Assembly: GCF_009914755.1 (NCBI RefSeq)
Contig: NC_060925.1
Source of the DNA: the human T2T-CHM13v2.0 reference genome, Homo sapiens
Length of the DNA stretch: 64,000 nt
Strand: one strand, 5' to 3'
The translations under genes were made by a program, and so were the position numbers. How positions within the stretch are numbered: the stretch's first letter is position 1; each line of letters begins with the position of its first letter. This document shows positions 1-34,165 of the stretch, in pieces. The notes under the pieces are model-generated. The model was not told the origin of the DNA, searched no databases, and saw only the letters and a list, made by a program, of their open reading frames with translations.

Positions 1-330
1 TTGTATCATGCCTTTGCATCCTTATAGCTTAGCTCCCACTTTGAAGTGAGAACATAAGATGTTTGGTTTTCCATTCTTGAGTTATTCACTTAGAATAATG
101 GTCTCCAACTCCATCCAGGTTGCTGCAAATGCCATTATTTCATTCCTTTTCATGGCTGAGTAGTATTCCATGGTGTGTGTATATATATATACCACATTTA
201 TATATACATATGTGTATATATATCACATTTATATATGTATATATATCACATTTATATATATGTATATATATCACATTTTCATATATATATGTATATATAA
301 AACATTTTCTTTATCCACTTGTTGACTGAT
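1..330 (-). mobile_element. L1 3' end fragment (L1PB-like) with an internal (TA)n/(CATATA)n expansion
   Basis: Typical antisense L1 3'UTR text (gtgagaacat...ttcacttagaataatgg...tagtattccatggtgtgtgtatata...ttctttatccac). Confidence 0.8.
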
Positions 331-334
331 GGGT

Positions 335-860
335 CAAAACAGGTTTCGAAGGTAGAGCCAGGGCATGGAGATAGATCGAATGTGGGGGTGAGGGAAACAA
401 GGCATTCAGGGGCACTTCTCGACTTCTAGCCCAAGTCACTGGGTGACTGGTCATACCTTTAGCTGAAGCATAGACTGGGGTGGGGTGGGAACAGGTTCAG
501 GGTTGAGTGAGAAGAGAAACAGAAGTTGCTTTAGATCTTCCTGCATTAAGAGGCTAATTAGACATCCAAGTGCAGAGGTCAAGTGGACAGTTGGATCCAT
601 GCAAGAGCTTCCAAGAGCAAGGCACACAGGTGTAGGAATGATGATTCTAAAATGGCATCTCAAGCTATAATTGTGGATGAGATCACCTTGGAGAGAAGGA
701 GCAAATGTAGACAGAAGCCAAGAGACCTTAAGACTGAGCTATGAGGCACTGCCCTTTGGTAGCTGAGCAGAAAAGAAGGTAGGCAAGGATTGAGAAGGCA
801 GAGAAGTAGGAGGAAAACCAGGAAAACGTGGCATCCTAGAAGCCCAGTAAAGAAAAGAAA
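335..860 (-). mobile_element. L2 fragment
   Basis: Degenerate antisense L2 text (gaaggtagagcc, agacatccaagtg, ggatgagatcacc). Confidence 0.5.
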
Positions 861-867
861 ACATTAG

Positions 868-1165
868 GAGCCTGAGGCGGGAAGATGCTTGAGCCCAGGA
901 GTTTGAAGTAACATTGAGCTATGATCTTGCCACTGCACTCCAGTCTAGGCAACAGAGCAAGACACTATCAAAGAAAGCAAGCAAGAAAGCAAGGAGAGGA
1001 GGGGAAGGGAGGGAAGGGGAGGGGGAGAAGGGAAGGGAAGGGAAGGAAAGGGAAGGGGAGAGGAGAAGGGAAGGGAAAGGAAGGAAAGGAAAGGGAAGGG
1101 GAGGAGAGAGGAAGGAGGAAGGAAGAAAGAAAGAAAGAAAAGAAGAGAAAGTGGAAAGAAAACAA
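868..1165 (+). repeat. Old Alu right arm with an expanded purine-rich (GAAGG/GGAAA/GAAA) tail
   Basis: Alu 3' arm followed by a mirror-type polypurine tract of about 190 nt. Confidence 0.8.
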
Positions 1166-2353
1166 GAAACCAGGAGTTGACACATCAGATAATCTTCAAA
1201 GTTGCAAATGATGGTGTCAGATCTTAGCAAGAGCCATCTCAGCATCTTGCTGGGGATCAAAGCCTTAGCAGGAATACATTATGGGCAACAGAGCGAGACT
1301 CTGTCTCAGAAAAAAAAAAAAAAAAGAAAGAAAGAAAAAGAAAAAGAAAGGAAAGGAAACAGGAAACAGGAAACAGAGACAGAGAGAGGGGATTTCACTA
1401 TGAGCAGCTAAAAGAGGTGGAAGCTGGAGGGAGACTGAGGTCAAGGAAACCAACTTTAGTCAGTCTCTCATCCCTGTTCCAGCATATGGTCTATTAAACA
1501 CTAGAAAAGGCAGGCACCATGGGAGAAGCTGCAGGCACAGTGGGGCATGGGACTGTCACCTCCTCAGGCCAAAAGGCCTTCTCTATTCTTCCTACCTAAA
1601 GCGGAACCCCTGTGCTAGTCCCTGTAACCCCTAAGATGCTCTTCCCAGCATCCTCCTTCACGAGTCCTGGAACGAGACCCCATACCTTTGACGTTCTTAT
1701 CTATAGGGTATTTTCTCATTCATATCTATAGGGAAAGAGAGTTGACAGCACCTCTGAGCCATCATTCAAGCTGTTCCCTCTTCTTGGCATGCTCTTCTCT
1801 GCTCAACTCCTGCCAAACGACTCATCCGTCAAGATCCAGCTTATGTTTATGAAGTTGGAGAGGCCTCTCTGGGGAGACTGACTCTGAATTACTTGTTACC
1901 TCCTTCATTTGTAATTGAAGTCATGACTTGGCCTTAAAGGAAAAACCTGAGTGCCCAAAGAACAACCTATGGGGGCCCTGACCCAGCCTGGGTGGTCAGA
2001 GAAGGCCTCCTGAGGAGCTGACATTTGATGTGAGCCCTGAAGGAAAGTGTTTCAGGGAAAACCCTCCCCGGCTCCAGGAACAGCAAGTGCAAAGGCCCCG
2101 AGGCAGCAAGGAGTTCAGCACCTGCAGATCTGGACAAGTGATTGGGATAGTGATGGCTTGGGAGCCACAGCTTGTGCAGGGACATTTGAAAGAAATCGGG
2201 TGTGGAACGTCGAGGGAAGAAGACTGGGGGAGGGAACAGGGGTCCAGAGGAGGGAGCCGGGTCCCCGCAGTCTGCACTGTCTCAAAGCCAGCACTTGGCA
2301 GAATGCCTAGCTCCTTTCCGCAGCTCACGTCCTCCATCCCTGAACGGCCCCGG

Positions 2354-2372
2354 GGTCCAGTAGGGGGCGCAC
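2354..2372 (+). promoter_or_regulatory. Candidate CTCF site
   Basis: GGTCCAGTAGGGGGCGCAC closely fits the CTCF core CCASYAGRKGGCRC and sits in a locally CpG-retaining patch. Confidence 0.6.
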
Positions 2373-2956
2373 TCACCCTATCTCGGTGGAATGTTGTTTA
2401 AAAGGACTGATGGGGAGGAAGTGACAGGGGACCATTCAGCTGGGCGGGAGTGGGTAGAAGAAAAGAAGAGGGACCAGGCCTTTCTCTAAGGGAGGCAGGG
2501 GCACAGCAGGCCTGTTGTATATGGGTCTTGGTCCTTTCATTGGCACCCCCTGGGCCCTTTTCAACCTGCCCATCCTCCATTCCAGGGGAGAGTCTCATCT
2601 GTGGATGGGCTTTATTGCAGGCAGAACCTGGTCCGTGTAAAAACCCATCTTGGAATCTTCGCTGGCAGGAAGGGCCCCTCACAGATCGCTGTTCCTCACC
2701 CTGGGATGAGCCCCTACCCAGGGTCCTCTCAAAGTCCCTCTCTCCCACTCACTGGTCTCCACCCCCGGCAAGTCCCTCAGCATGGAGGCTGGGGAAGGAG
2801 GGCATGTCATGTCCTGGGCCCTACAAGGGCATGGCCTGCCTGCCTGACCCCACAGCTGGTATGGCAAAGGGACCCTCTGCACCCATCCCCAACCCATGCC
2901 TCACAGCCTCACCCCACAGGGAGTAGGAAGCCCCTCTCTTTAAAGGACAAGGGCTT

Positions 2957-3553
2957 GGCCGGGCACGGTGACTCATGCCTGTAATCCCAGCACTTCAGAA
3001 GGCCGAGGCAGGCAAATCACCTGAGGTCAGGAGTTCAAGACCAGCCTGGCCAACATGATGAAACCCCGTCTCTGTCAAAAATACAAAAATTAGCCGGGTG
3101 TGGGGGTGCATGCCTGTAATCCCAGGGACTTGCCATAGCCTGGAACTCTCCCCAGCATCCTCCTCTGCAGGCCCCGGAACAAGACCACATACTTTCGACA
3201 TTTTAAAGATTCCATCATTAATATCTATGGAGAAATAGGGTGGGCAGCACCTTGAGCCATTGTTCAAGCTGTTCCCTCTTCTTTTTTTTTTTTTTTTTTT
3301 TTTTTTTGAGACGGAGTCTCGCTCTGTCGCCCGGGCTGGAGTGCAGTGGCGCAATCTCGGTTCACTGCAAGCTCCGCCTCCCAGGTTCACGCCATTCTTC
3401 ATGCCACCACACCCAGGTAATTTCTGTATTTTTAGTAGAGACAGGGTTTCACCATGTTGGCCAGGCTGGTCTTGACCTCTTGACCTCAAATGATCTGCCT
3501 GCCTTGGCCTCCCAAAGTGCTAGGATTATAGGCGTGAGTCACTGTGCCCGGCC
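2957..3553. mobile_element. Truncated + strand Alu left arm (2957-3125) and internally deleted - strand Alu (3283-3553)
   Basis: Alu consensus. The + copy stops after TGTAATCCCAG. The - copy lacks the CTGCCTCAGCCTCCC...GGGATTACAGG segment. Confidence 0.85.
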
Positions 3554-3594
3554 AGAAGCAGAAATTTGAGGTCCTGGATTCAAGACAAAAAAAA

Positions 3595-4375
<781 letters not shown>

Positions 4376-4513
4376 ACAGAAAAAGCAGTAGAAATTTGAT
4401 TCCAAAGTCTTTGGAAAAGTAACTGAACCATGCCCCATTAAATAAGCATTGGCTTTCCAGTGTGCTGATATTCTTACATGATACATGTGGAGATATATTG
4501 TTCTTCAGCACAC

Positions 4514-5167
<654 letters not shown>

Positions 5168-6444
5168 TCACTTCCAGTTCTTGACAATATCACAAACCAG
5201 CAAGGTCACTGCCTCCCTTCCTGCCTCGTCAGCCCTTTCCCTGGGAGCACCACAGAAAACCTACTTGGTAGTAGAGCGGCAGGGGCCAGAGGAAGTGAGA
5301 ATATGCTAAGGTGCTGTCTTGTTGAGAAAGAAAGTATATATGTCGATAAACTTGATAAATTGACAGGGGAAATTAACATAAATACAAACAATAATTATGG
5401 CTAACCACTAAAGAAAGAAAAAGAAAAGGAATAATTTTCAAATGAGTAGAAGGAAAAGTGTCAATGTAATAAAAGGCAGAAAAAGAGGGGGTAAGGAAGA
5501 AAAAAATATATAGTGATTGGTCAGGGTTCCATTGCAGACAACAGCGTCCACCCAGCAGGCCTAATCGGAATGGGTTGACGAGGGTGATCGGGTTGGTTTC
5601 AGACACGTTGGAAGGGTTGAGAGGCCAACTCTAGGCTGAGCTTCCAGGAATAACCCTTGAATCTCACTGTAAAATGAGCCTAGCTGGAGAGCTTCTGCCA
5701 CTGCTGCTGACTCAAGACCCTCGCTACCCATGTTGCAGTGCAGGAGGCTCCACATCACAAAGCTGCTGACACCCGCTTAGCACCAAGAAGCCAGAAGTTG
5801 ATCTGGAATTAGGGCCTCCGCCGCAGCCACCTCAGAACAACCGAAACGCTTCCACCACGATGCAGCCAGAAGAACCGTGTGGCCACTTCCTCCCAGTACC
5901 TTCCCTTTCTGGTTTGTTTGCATTTTCTTGGCAGAAGCCAGGTGACACGTGGAAATCCTAGCTGCATGAGAGTCTGGAAATGTCCTCTCTAGCCGTCCAG
6001 CCTCTAAAGTACAAGAAGTCATGATGGAAAGAAGGAGGTTTGGAGAGGGGCTGAGTTGGGTCGGTCTTTGGCCCTTGCCACAGTCCACTCACTCTTAGTC
6101 ACTCAACCTCCATTTCCAAGCTGCATTCCCTTCTTAAACTTCCATGAAACAACCACAACGTGTCACCACCCACAGTAATGCAAACGTACCTCAATCAGAC
6201 AAGAAACACTCTTATTCTTTGCTCAGACAGGAACATCCAAAGCCCCAGCAGTTACTGCTTCCATCTCCCACTCCAGGGAACTTGGGTGATGTTCACTTCT
6301 TCTCTGGTTTAGTCACAATCCCAGGTTGATATCCTATAATCTATACATTCAATTGTAAAGTTTACTACCAACAAACCATGTTATTCAAAATGGTAGAGGA
6401 AGAAAGGGGAATAATTAAAACCGTCAATAAATATATGCATGACA

Positions 6445-7467
<1,023 letters not shown>

Positions 7468-7499
7468 AGGGGACTCATAGGCCTCACCAGGTTGCCAGC

Positions 7500-10460
<2,961 letters not shown>

Positions 10461-10467
10461 ATATATT

Positions 10468-10772
10468 GCCGGGCGCGGTGGCTCATGCCTGTAATCCCAG
10501 CACTTTGGGAGGCCGAGGCGGGCGGATCACGAGGTCAGGAGATCGAGACCATCCTGGCTAACACGGTGAAACCCCGTCTCTACTAAAAATACAAAAAAAT
10601 TAGCCAGGCTTGGTGGCGGGCGCCTGTAGTCCCAGCTACTCGGGAGGCCAAGGCAGGAGAATGGTGTGAACCCGGGAGGCGGAGCTTTCAGTGAGCGGAG
10701 ATTGCACCCGCCACTACACTCCAGCCTGGGCAACAGAGCGAGACTCTGTCTCAAAAAAAAAAAAAAAAAAAA
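10468..10772 (+). mobile_element. AluY with TSD AAGAATTCTTGATATATT
   Basis: AluY diagnostics (accatcctggctaacacggtg) and an 18-bp TSD. Confidence 0.92.
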
Positions 10773-11046
10773 GAATTCTTGATATATTATGGATCATAAT
10801 CCTTCCAGGGAGCGTTACTCCCTGACATTTCTGGCCTACCCTATCTACCCTATGCATGGGCTGAGCAGACTCATATGCCCAGGGAATGCTTCAGGTAAGA
10901 AGCCATGGGTATGTTTAGGAACTACCCGTTAAAGCTGGAGGTGACATCTGGGATGGCTAAGGGGGTGTGGGTGAGGCTCCGACAGTATTTGCTGTACCCA
11001 CGTTGTCCAATATGAACAGCCACCCATCATTTAAGACTCCTTTTGG

Positions 11047-15521
<4,475 letters not shown>

Positions 15522-15559
15522 GCTGAGACACTTTTTAATTCTGGGCTAGGGCAAAGAGA

Positions 15560-16493
<934 letters not shown>

Positions 16494-18007
16494 TAAATCA
16501 AAAACATCAACAGTCCTGGGGTGCAGGCAGGGAGAGGGTTCGTGCTTTCCCAGCCTCGGATATGTCTGGCACCTTACTGAGGCTTCCACAACACTAAGTC
16601 CACACCTCCTGCCCACTGACCTAAGTGTTAATGCTCGTCTTTAGATGAAACTACGGAGGTCTCGAGAGGTGACATGACTTGCCCAAGGTCACACAGGGCG
16701 CTGGTGGTGAAACCCTGGGCTGGAGGTTCCCCAAAGCCCTGCTCTCTTCCTTCCACCCACTGTGCTCAGTGCTGGCCAGGGTGGTGACGTGTTTGTCGGG
16801 GGTGGTCGGTGGAGAATCTTGGAGGAGAAAAGCCAGCTGGGCTTTCGGAGTCCAGCAGTGAGCAGCGCCCTGCGGGGCGGGGGCGGGTAATGGAACCTGA
16901 ACCCATCTGAGTCTGCTCTAATCTGTTCCTAAACTCTTTTCTTTGATTTATTGCTTTTGTAGAAAAGTTCATGTGAGCAAAAATTCAAGCTTGTTTTTGC
17001 TAAGCTTAGAGGCATTCTCCTTCAGGGCAGTAGGGGACATGGTGTGGAGGTACCCCTTGGTATTATTCCCTGTCTGTTGAGGTTCTGTCGGGTGTGACTT
17101 GCCTGGGTCTTAAACATCTTTGAGTGGGAGAAGCAGGTTTGATTGAGTGCTAACAGCCTGTGAAAGGAAGGTGATTAATGCTATCCATTTAACCCCTGCA
17201 ACCCTGAAAGGCAGAGAAGGAAACAGGTTTGGAAAGTTTCAGAGCTCGAAATCACAGAGCTGGGATTGGAACCCAGACTTCCCCTGACTCCAAAAGCTGT
17301 TGCTCTGTGGGGAGTGAAGGATCTCTGAGTACCGTGTTGAAATTCAGACCTGTTTTGGTGGCTGAGGTGAATATTAAACATTAACCACCACCACAAACAA
17401 CAAACATTCACCACCACCGCAAACACCATTGCAACTCACAACATTGCAGAATCTTGAATGTGGAAATCAGCCCTTGATTCTTTCGAAAGCCTCCACATCC
17501 TTTCCAGATGGCACAGAAAGGGCCCTCCTACAATCCCCCGGCACCCACACTGACCCCTCCTGCCATGCTTATCACATGGTGTCATCACTGTCCACTTATG
17601 TATCTGCCTCTCCCTTGGGACTTTGTGCTGCAGAGGGCAGGAGCTGTGTCTTGAATCTTTGTACCATTGACTTTCTCGTGCTGTGACGTAGCACCTGCCT
17701 GGCTCAGAACAGGCACTCAATAACTGTTGAGTGACTGATTGGATGAATGAATGAGATGAGTACGTTTGGAGAAGCAGAAGGAAGAGGGATGGTGGGGCAG
17801 GTGGTGGTGATGGGGGCTCAGCATGTTCGGCCACAGCATTTCCTGGCCTGTGGGGCCAGCATGGCTGCCTTCCATCCATGCTTTCCAGCACTGGAACTGG
17901 TGTTCTGCTTGGAACAGCAGGAGGTCAGACAGCCTCATCGTGCCTCCAGAGCCAGGGGACCCCCATGCCAGAATGCTCGGGTCCTTTCTTGTTTTAAAAC
18001 CCACAAT

Positions 18008-24403
<6,396 letters not shown>

Positions 24404-24977
24404 AAGAGTCCATCGTATCTCACAGGCCAGGATGCATGTTTTGGCCTCCTGCCACCAGCCTTCACTTTTACCTTCTGTAAAATGGTGTTCTAACAGTATT
24501 TACCTTACCCAACAGTTAAAAGGATTAACTGACCTTATGCAGGTAAAGCACTCCACAGAGTGCCTGGCCTATGAGTGCCCAGTAAAAGAAAGCAATTAGT
24601 AATACTGGCACTATGATCGTAGTATTATTTGGTCCTATCTTATTATTATGGATTTCTAACTTAGCACCATCCCAATCTCTCTCATGTATGTTTTGAAGTA
24701 AGCAAAGGCAATAGCAAAAACAGAATTGGTTTGCCTGGTCAGAAGACAGCCTGCTTTCTGGGCTGAGAGAAGCAAAACAAAATTGCACAGCATTTCAGGA
24801 TGCAGTACGTGGGCAAAGGCTTCCTTCCTTTTTTTTTATTTGCCTTTTTTTTTTTTTTGAGCTAGAAAATTCAAGGAAATTGCTTGAATTTGTTACAGGC
24901 TCCAAATACAGTTATTCCTCTGCGTCTTAAGCATCTAGCACTGAAGTGGAAAATTCCACTCTTTCAATAATGGTTAG

Positions 24978-25790
24978 CCATCTTAGCTCAGGCCATGCTG
25001 TGGTTTGAAGGTTTGCCCCCTCCAAAATGCATAAGCGTACTTTGGAGGGCTTCTCTTTTCAAATTTATTATTTATATACACTTTTAGAGACAGGGTCTCG
25101 CTATGTTTAATTGCCAATGCAACAGTGTTGGGAGGTGGGACCTAATAAGAGGTGTTTAGGTCATGAGGGCTCTGCCCGGTGAGTGGATGAATACCGCTAT
25201 AAAAAGGGCTTACAGTATGGATTCTCTCTCTTTCACTCTCCTGCCACATGAGGAATAGTGTTCCTCCCCTCCAGAGGATGCAATGTTCAAGGCGCCATCT
25301 TGGAAGCTGAGACTGGGTCCTCACTAGACACCAACTTGCCAACAGCTTGACCTTGGACTTCCAAGCCTTCAGAATTATGACAAATAAATTTCTGTCCTTT
25401 ATAAATTACCTAGTCTGGGATATTACGTTACAGCAGCACAAAACGGACTAAAACAGGCTGCTATAACAAAATACCATAGACTAGTGGTTTAAACAGCAGA
25501 CATTTATTTCTCACAGTTCTGGAGGCTGGGAAGTCCAAGATTCAGTTCTTGGCGAGGGCCCTCTTTCTGACTTGGCCATTTTCTCACTATGCCCTGACAG
25601 GATGGAGAGAGAGAGTTTAAGAGTCTCTTCTTCTTCTTATAATAGCACTAATCCCATCATGGGGGCTGCCCCCTCACGACCTAATCTAAACCTGGTTATC
25701 TCACAAATGCCCCACCTCCTAATAGTATAGCGTTGAGGGTTAGGACTTCAACAGAAGAATTTTAGGGAGACACAAACATTCAATCCATAA
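24978..25790. mobile_element. MaLR LTRs: MST-type (+, about 24996-25456) nested in MLT1A-type (-)
   Basis: MST text ggaggtgggacctaataagaggtg...cagcacaaaacggactaaaaca. MLT1 text ggctgctataacaaaataccatagact...cacaaacattcaatccataa. Confidence 0.7.
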
Positions 25791-26285
25791 GAGAAACTGA
25801 GAGCCCCATGACTTCACTGTTCCAGGCCCAGGACATACCACAACACATGTTAGAGACAAAATCTCTGCCCTCAGAAAGTTTGTAATATAATAGGAGGAAT
25901 TAGATAATAAAGACATTTATTTCAGGAGACTGTTAAGTGCTATGAAGAAAATTAAAGCAGGAGAAATGGATACAGAGAGTTGGAGGCAGTAGTGGGAGGA
26001 AGCCATTTTAGATAGGTGATCGGAGAAAGCGTCTCTGAGAAGGTGACATTTGAGCAGAGCCCTGAGTAGGGTGAATAGTGCGCAAAAGGGAAAGAGAGTT
26101 CCAGGCAATGGGAACAGCTTGTGCAAAGGCCCTGTGGCAGGAGCATACTGGTGCCCTGAGGGGAGCAGCTGGAAGGACAACAGGTCTAGAGAACAAAAGG
26201 AGATGCGAGCCAAGAGGTAGCACCAGATCACATATGACCTTGGCACCAGATCACATATGACCTTGTAGTCATAAGAAGGATTTCA

Positions 26286-26732
<447 letters not shown>

Positions 26733-27462
26733 TCACATAGCCCTACTGCCACCAAAGCCTTGATTTTTATGCAATTGATAACAGCAGCAGCTAACAGCTG
26801 CCGACCATTTCCTCTGTGCCAGGCTTTGTGTTAAGTGCTTTACACGAGTGATCTCAATTTATTCTCACAACAGGACTATGAGGGAGATTCTATCATTAGC
26901 GATTTACAAATGAAGCCAGTGAGCCTCAAAGAGGTTCAGTCCCTTTCCCCAATTCTCAGAGCCAGTTGGGCAAAGAGTCCCAGGGCAGAATGAAACCTAA
27001 TGGAACCTCTTTCTACAGGGTGCTGTTTGAGTAGTGGGGCATGTGAGTGTGCCCCCTGCCACAACCATCTTTCTTTCTCATTAACTGGCCTATTACATGT
27101 TTTACACAAAGTAAAGGAAGATTTCTCTCTCTGAGGCCTTTCTGAACTTCCAGAGCAGACACATGTGACCATCCTGAGAGACTGGGTCTTCTGCAAGTGT
27201 GGAAATGTGCTTTAACGGCATGTCAGCAAAACCCAAGATCTGCATGCATCACTTTTGATGGGAAAAGTGTCAGACTTTAGTCAGGGATCGGGCAGGGAAG
27301 CTGGAAGGGCGGGGCTGGGAGAGTCACTAGGCTGGGAGTGAGGCTGGCAGGGACTGTAATCTGGGAGAGAGGCAGAAACCAAGTGTAGGGATGTCAGTGA
27401 AGGTGGGAGTGGTGAGCAGATATGGCAGGTGAGAGTGGTGTTTAAAGAAAGTCATTTTCAGG

Positions 27463-29707
<2,245 letters not shown>

Positions 29708-31178
29708 TCATCATGTGTTTTTATAGGCCAGGCTTGTGGCTTCTTTGGCGATCCAATTCTATCAAAAGTTGGAAACATCCTGATCTATTTGCTTCCAATT
29801 ATTTCCATACAGAAATGCCACACCCAGAGATCCCTTCTGGACATGGTTCTGAAGCCTGCCAACTCTGGCATTTTCCTAACTGGCTCCCATGCCTGGCCCA
29901 TTCCTGCTGCCCCATCTTAATGCTGGCTATTGTGGTGCCTGAAACAACAGGCTGTGTGGGCAGATGACACATCACATCTTTGCCACAGGGCTGATTCCCA
30001 TTGCCAGGGAGAGAAATTTCAGTGGTGGGTACCACGGCCTGCCTTCCTGGTTATTGCAGGTGGAGCTTTACCAAATAACAGACTAGGAGGAGTCACCATC
30101 TGGCCATCTTGCCTCATCTGTGTTTTCTCCTTTGCGTTGCTCAACCACTAAGCCAATGTCACATACTTTAGATTTTTTTTGTTCAAGTTGCATCTCACCT
30201 TCAGCACAAATGTCTGTATTAGACATAGGTTATGCTACTATAACAAACAGATTCCAAGATGCAGTGATATAAACATGGTGGAATTCTCTTTTTCTCTCAC
30301 ACAACAATTCAGAGTAGGCCCCAGGCAAACGGGCAACTCTGCCCCATGAGTTGACCAGGTTTCCAAATTCCTTCTCTCTCCTTGCTGCTCCTCCATTCCC
30401 TTGGCCACGCAGTCAAAAGTGTCCCACCCCATCACCTCCACCTTCCAGTCTGTGGAAGGAGAAAAGAATGGAAGTAACAGGCAAGCAACCTCCTTACCAA
30501 AAGTATGATCCAGAAATTTCCCACATCACTTTGGGCCACATCCCATTGGCCAGAACTGCATCATGTGGCCACACTGTGCTGCAAGGGAGTCTGGGAATTA
30601 CAGTCCCTAGCTGAGCGGCCATGCTGGAATGGGAGGCACTTGTATTACTTAAAGGAAGAAATAGGAAATGAATACTGGGGAACAACTCCTATCTCCGCCT
30701 CAGGGAAAAAGGCAATTTACAAACAGTGATACAGATGGAATACCACATCTTGCTGGTCAGGGGAAAACCCAGCTCCCATAGTGATTTGTTCGTAGACTCA
30801 CTTCCCTGAATATGGGGACTTTCTTAGCCAATCTGGTTATGCCAACATCTTGCCTCCTAGGAGCAGCCTTGGCTTATTGTCCCCCAGCAACAACCCTGAG
30901 AGAGCCAACAGGAAGGACTCCCTTACTGAGAGCTGGGCCATCTTAGGAGCCCACATCCCACTGGAGGCCCGAGGATTGTTTTAAGTCTTGTGAAATCACA
31001 GGCAACTCGCACAAAGCTCGAGGTGTTTTTTTTGTTTTTTGTTAATTGATTTCGTTGTTAGTTGGTTTTGACAGTGTGTTTGTTTTGCAACACAACTGAC
31101 ACAGAACCCTGGCTGAACTCTGACAGCCAGTACCTAACCCCCAAAATTTTGTCCAGGCTCAAACTTGGAATCAGGATC

Positions 31179-31535
31179 TGTCTTAGTCCATTCAGGCTGC
31201 TATAACAGAATACCATAGACTGGGTAGCTTGTAAATAACAGAAATGTATTGCTCACAGTTCTGGAGACTGGAAAGTCCAGGGTTCAAGGCACTGGCAGAT
31301 TCAGTGAGGGCCTGCTTAGTCATAGACGGTGACTCCTTGCTATGTCCTCATGCGGCAGATGGGGCAAGGCAGTTCTCTGGTTTTATAAGTGCATGACTCC
31401 CATTCCTAGGCTTGGTCCCCTTCATTCCATTCTCATTATCTAATCATTCCTCCAAAGGCCCCACTTCCTAATACCATCACTTTGGGGGCTAGGATTTCAA
31501 CATATGAATTTGATGGGACACATTCAGACCATGGG
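31179..31535 (-). mobile_element. MaLR solo LTR (MST/MLT1A-type)
   Basis: tgtcttagtccattcaggctgctataacagaataccatagactggg...aggatttcaacatatgaattt...cattcagaccat. Confidence 0.75.
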
Positions 31536-31778
31536 GCTCTTAGATCTCTTAGATGCAGGTGTGGGGGCTCTACTTATTTTTGTAAGCCTCGGGATCTACC
31601 CTGGCCTTGACCTCTGCAGGGGTGATGGAGCTGCCTAATCTGCCTGTTGTGCTGCCCTGCTCCCAGGCTGTGCTTCATCATGGAGGCATTGGGTAAATTA
31701 AGACAGTGCCAGGTTCTTGGGAAGGGCCACTACCATGGGCCAAAGAATCTACCAGTGCCCCAGGTCGAATTGCCCTAA

Positions 31779-32027
<249 letters not shown>

Positions 32028-32364
32028 TGAGTGGGAAAGCCAGGTTGCAACAATATTCATTCATCTCTTTAGCCAACATCTTCCTTACACATATTATTCA
32101 TTCATTCATTCATCTGACATATGTTTATTGTGGACTTCCTATGTGCCAGGCACTGTACAGGGCCCTGGGATGAGTGCTGAGGATAAGGAGATAAATAAGA
32201 AATGGAGTTTGCCCTCAGTGAGCCTGCAAAGCAGGTAAATAAGCAAGGCAACTCTCATACAAGGGCCAGTATGCCCCTGTTCCAGCAACACAACGTGATA
32301 CAGACTCCTGTCCTACAAGATTTAACAGAAAGGCAGCATTGAAACATAAAGCGGGGGGAACCTG

Positions 32365-33344
<980 letters not shown>

Positions 33345-34165
33345 CTAAAAATCACCTGCTATAGACTCCCTTGCCACCACCCCCATTTTATAGCTGATGA
33401 AATTGAGGCCCCGATAAGTTGAACAACTTTCCTGGGAGTTAGTGCCAGAGCTGGGACAAAACCCAGGTTCCAGAGTCTCACTGCAGGGCTCATTCCACTA
33501 CATCATGCTGTGCCAGGAGATGGAACACTTTTCCCTGTTCTCCACAAGCTGATGCTAGGATCCTGAATGAGCCACTCAGCACTGCTCTCTCCTTCATTTG
33601 GCAACACTCACCTCTAGGTCCAAGAACCAGGATACAAAAACAGTCAGGTAAACAGTAGTTATGGTTCAAACTAATCAGAGTCCAGCCAAGGTTCTGGCTG
33701 AACAAGAGCCCCAATCAATGCTCCTATATGTCCCAAACATAAATATCCTAGTTGGTATGGCTTACTTTCCACGGGAGCATGTTGAATTCTTGTTGGCTCT
33801 GGCCCTAGACTCAGTGGTTTCAGGATCCAAGCACGTAAATTAGCCCTTTTACTGGACTCCATTATTGAATGACTTAATGGTGAATTGCTCCTGTGTGCAC
33901 CTTTGCATTGTGTATGACAGTTTTCTTAACAAGTTAATGATGCAAGAAAAATGACATGGGAAATGTTGATCCCACCCAGAAGGAGGCTGCATGCCTGTTG
34001 GTCTTTAGGGACATCTGGGTGCATAGGTCACATTCTGTGAGGTAATTATCTCTTCACTCATAGTGGAGTTAATTCCTGTGGTAGAGCTACAGCACCTTTC
34101 TGGCTAAAATACAGAAAGAGAGCTACACCTTTTAGCACCTTTCTGGCTAAAATGCAGAAATGCAG

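Noticed and set aside
914-1260. Lys/Arg/Gly/Glu-rich and Phe/Pro/Ser-rich ORFs (also 54167-54468)
   Set aside because: Polypurine microsatellites simply lack stop codons.
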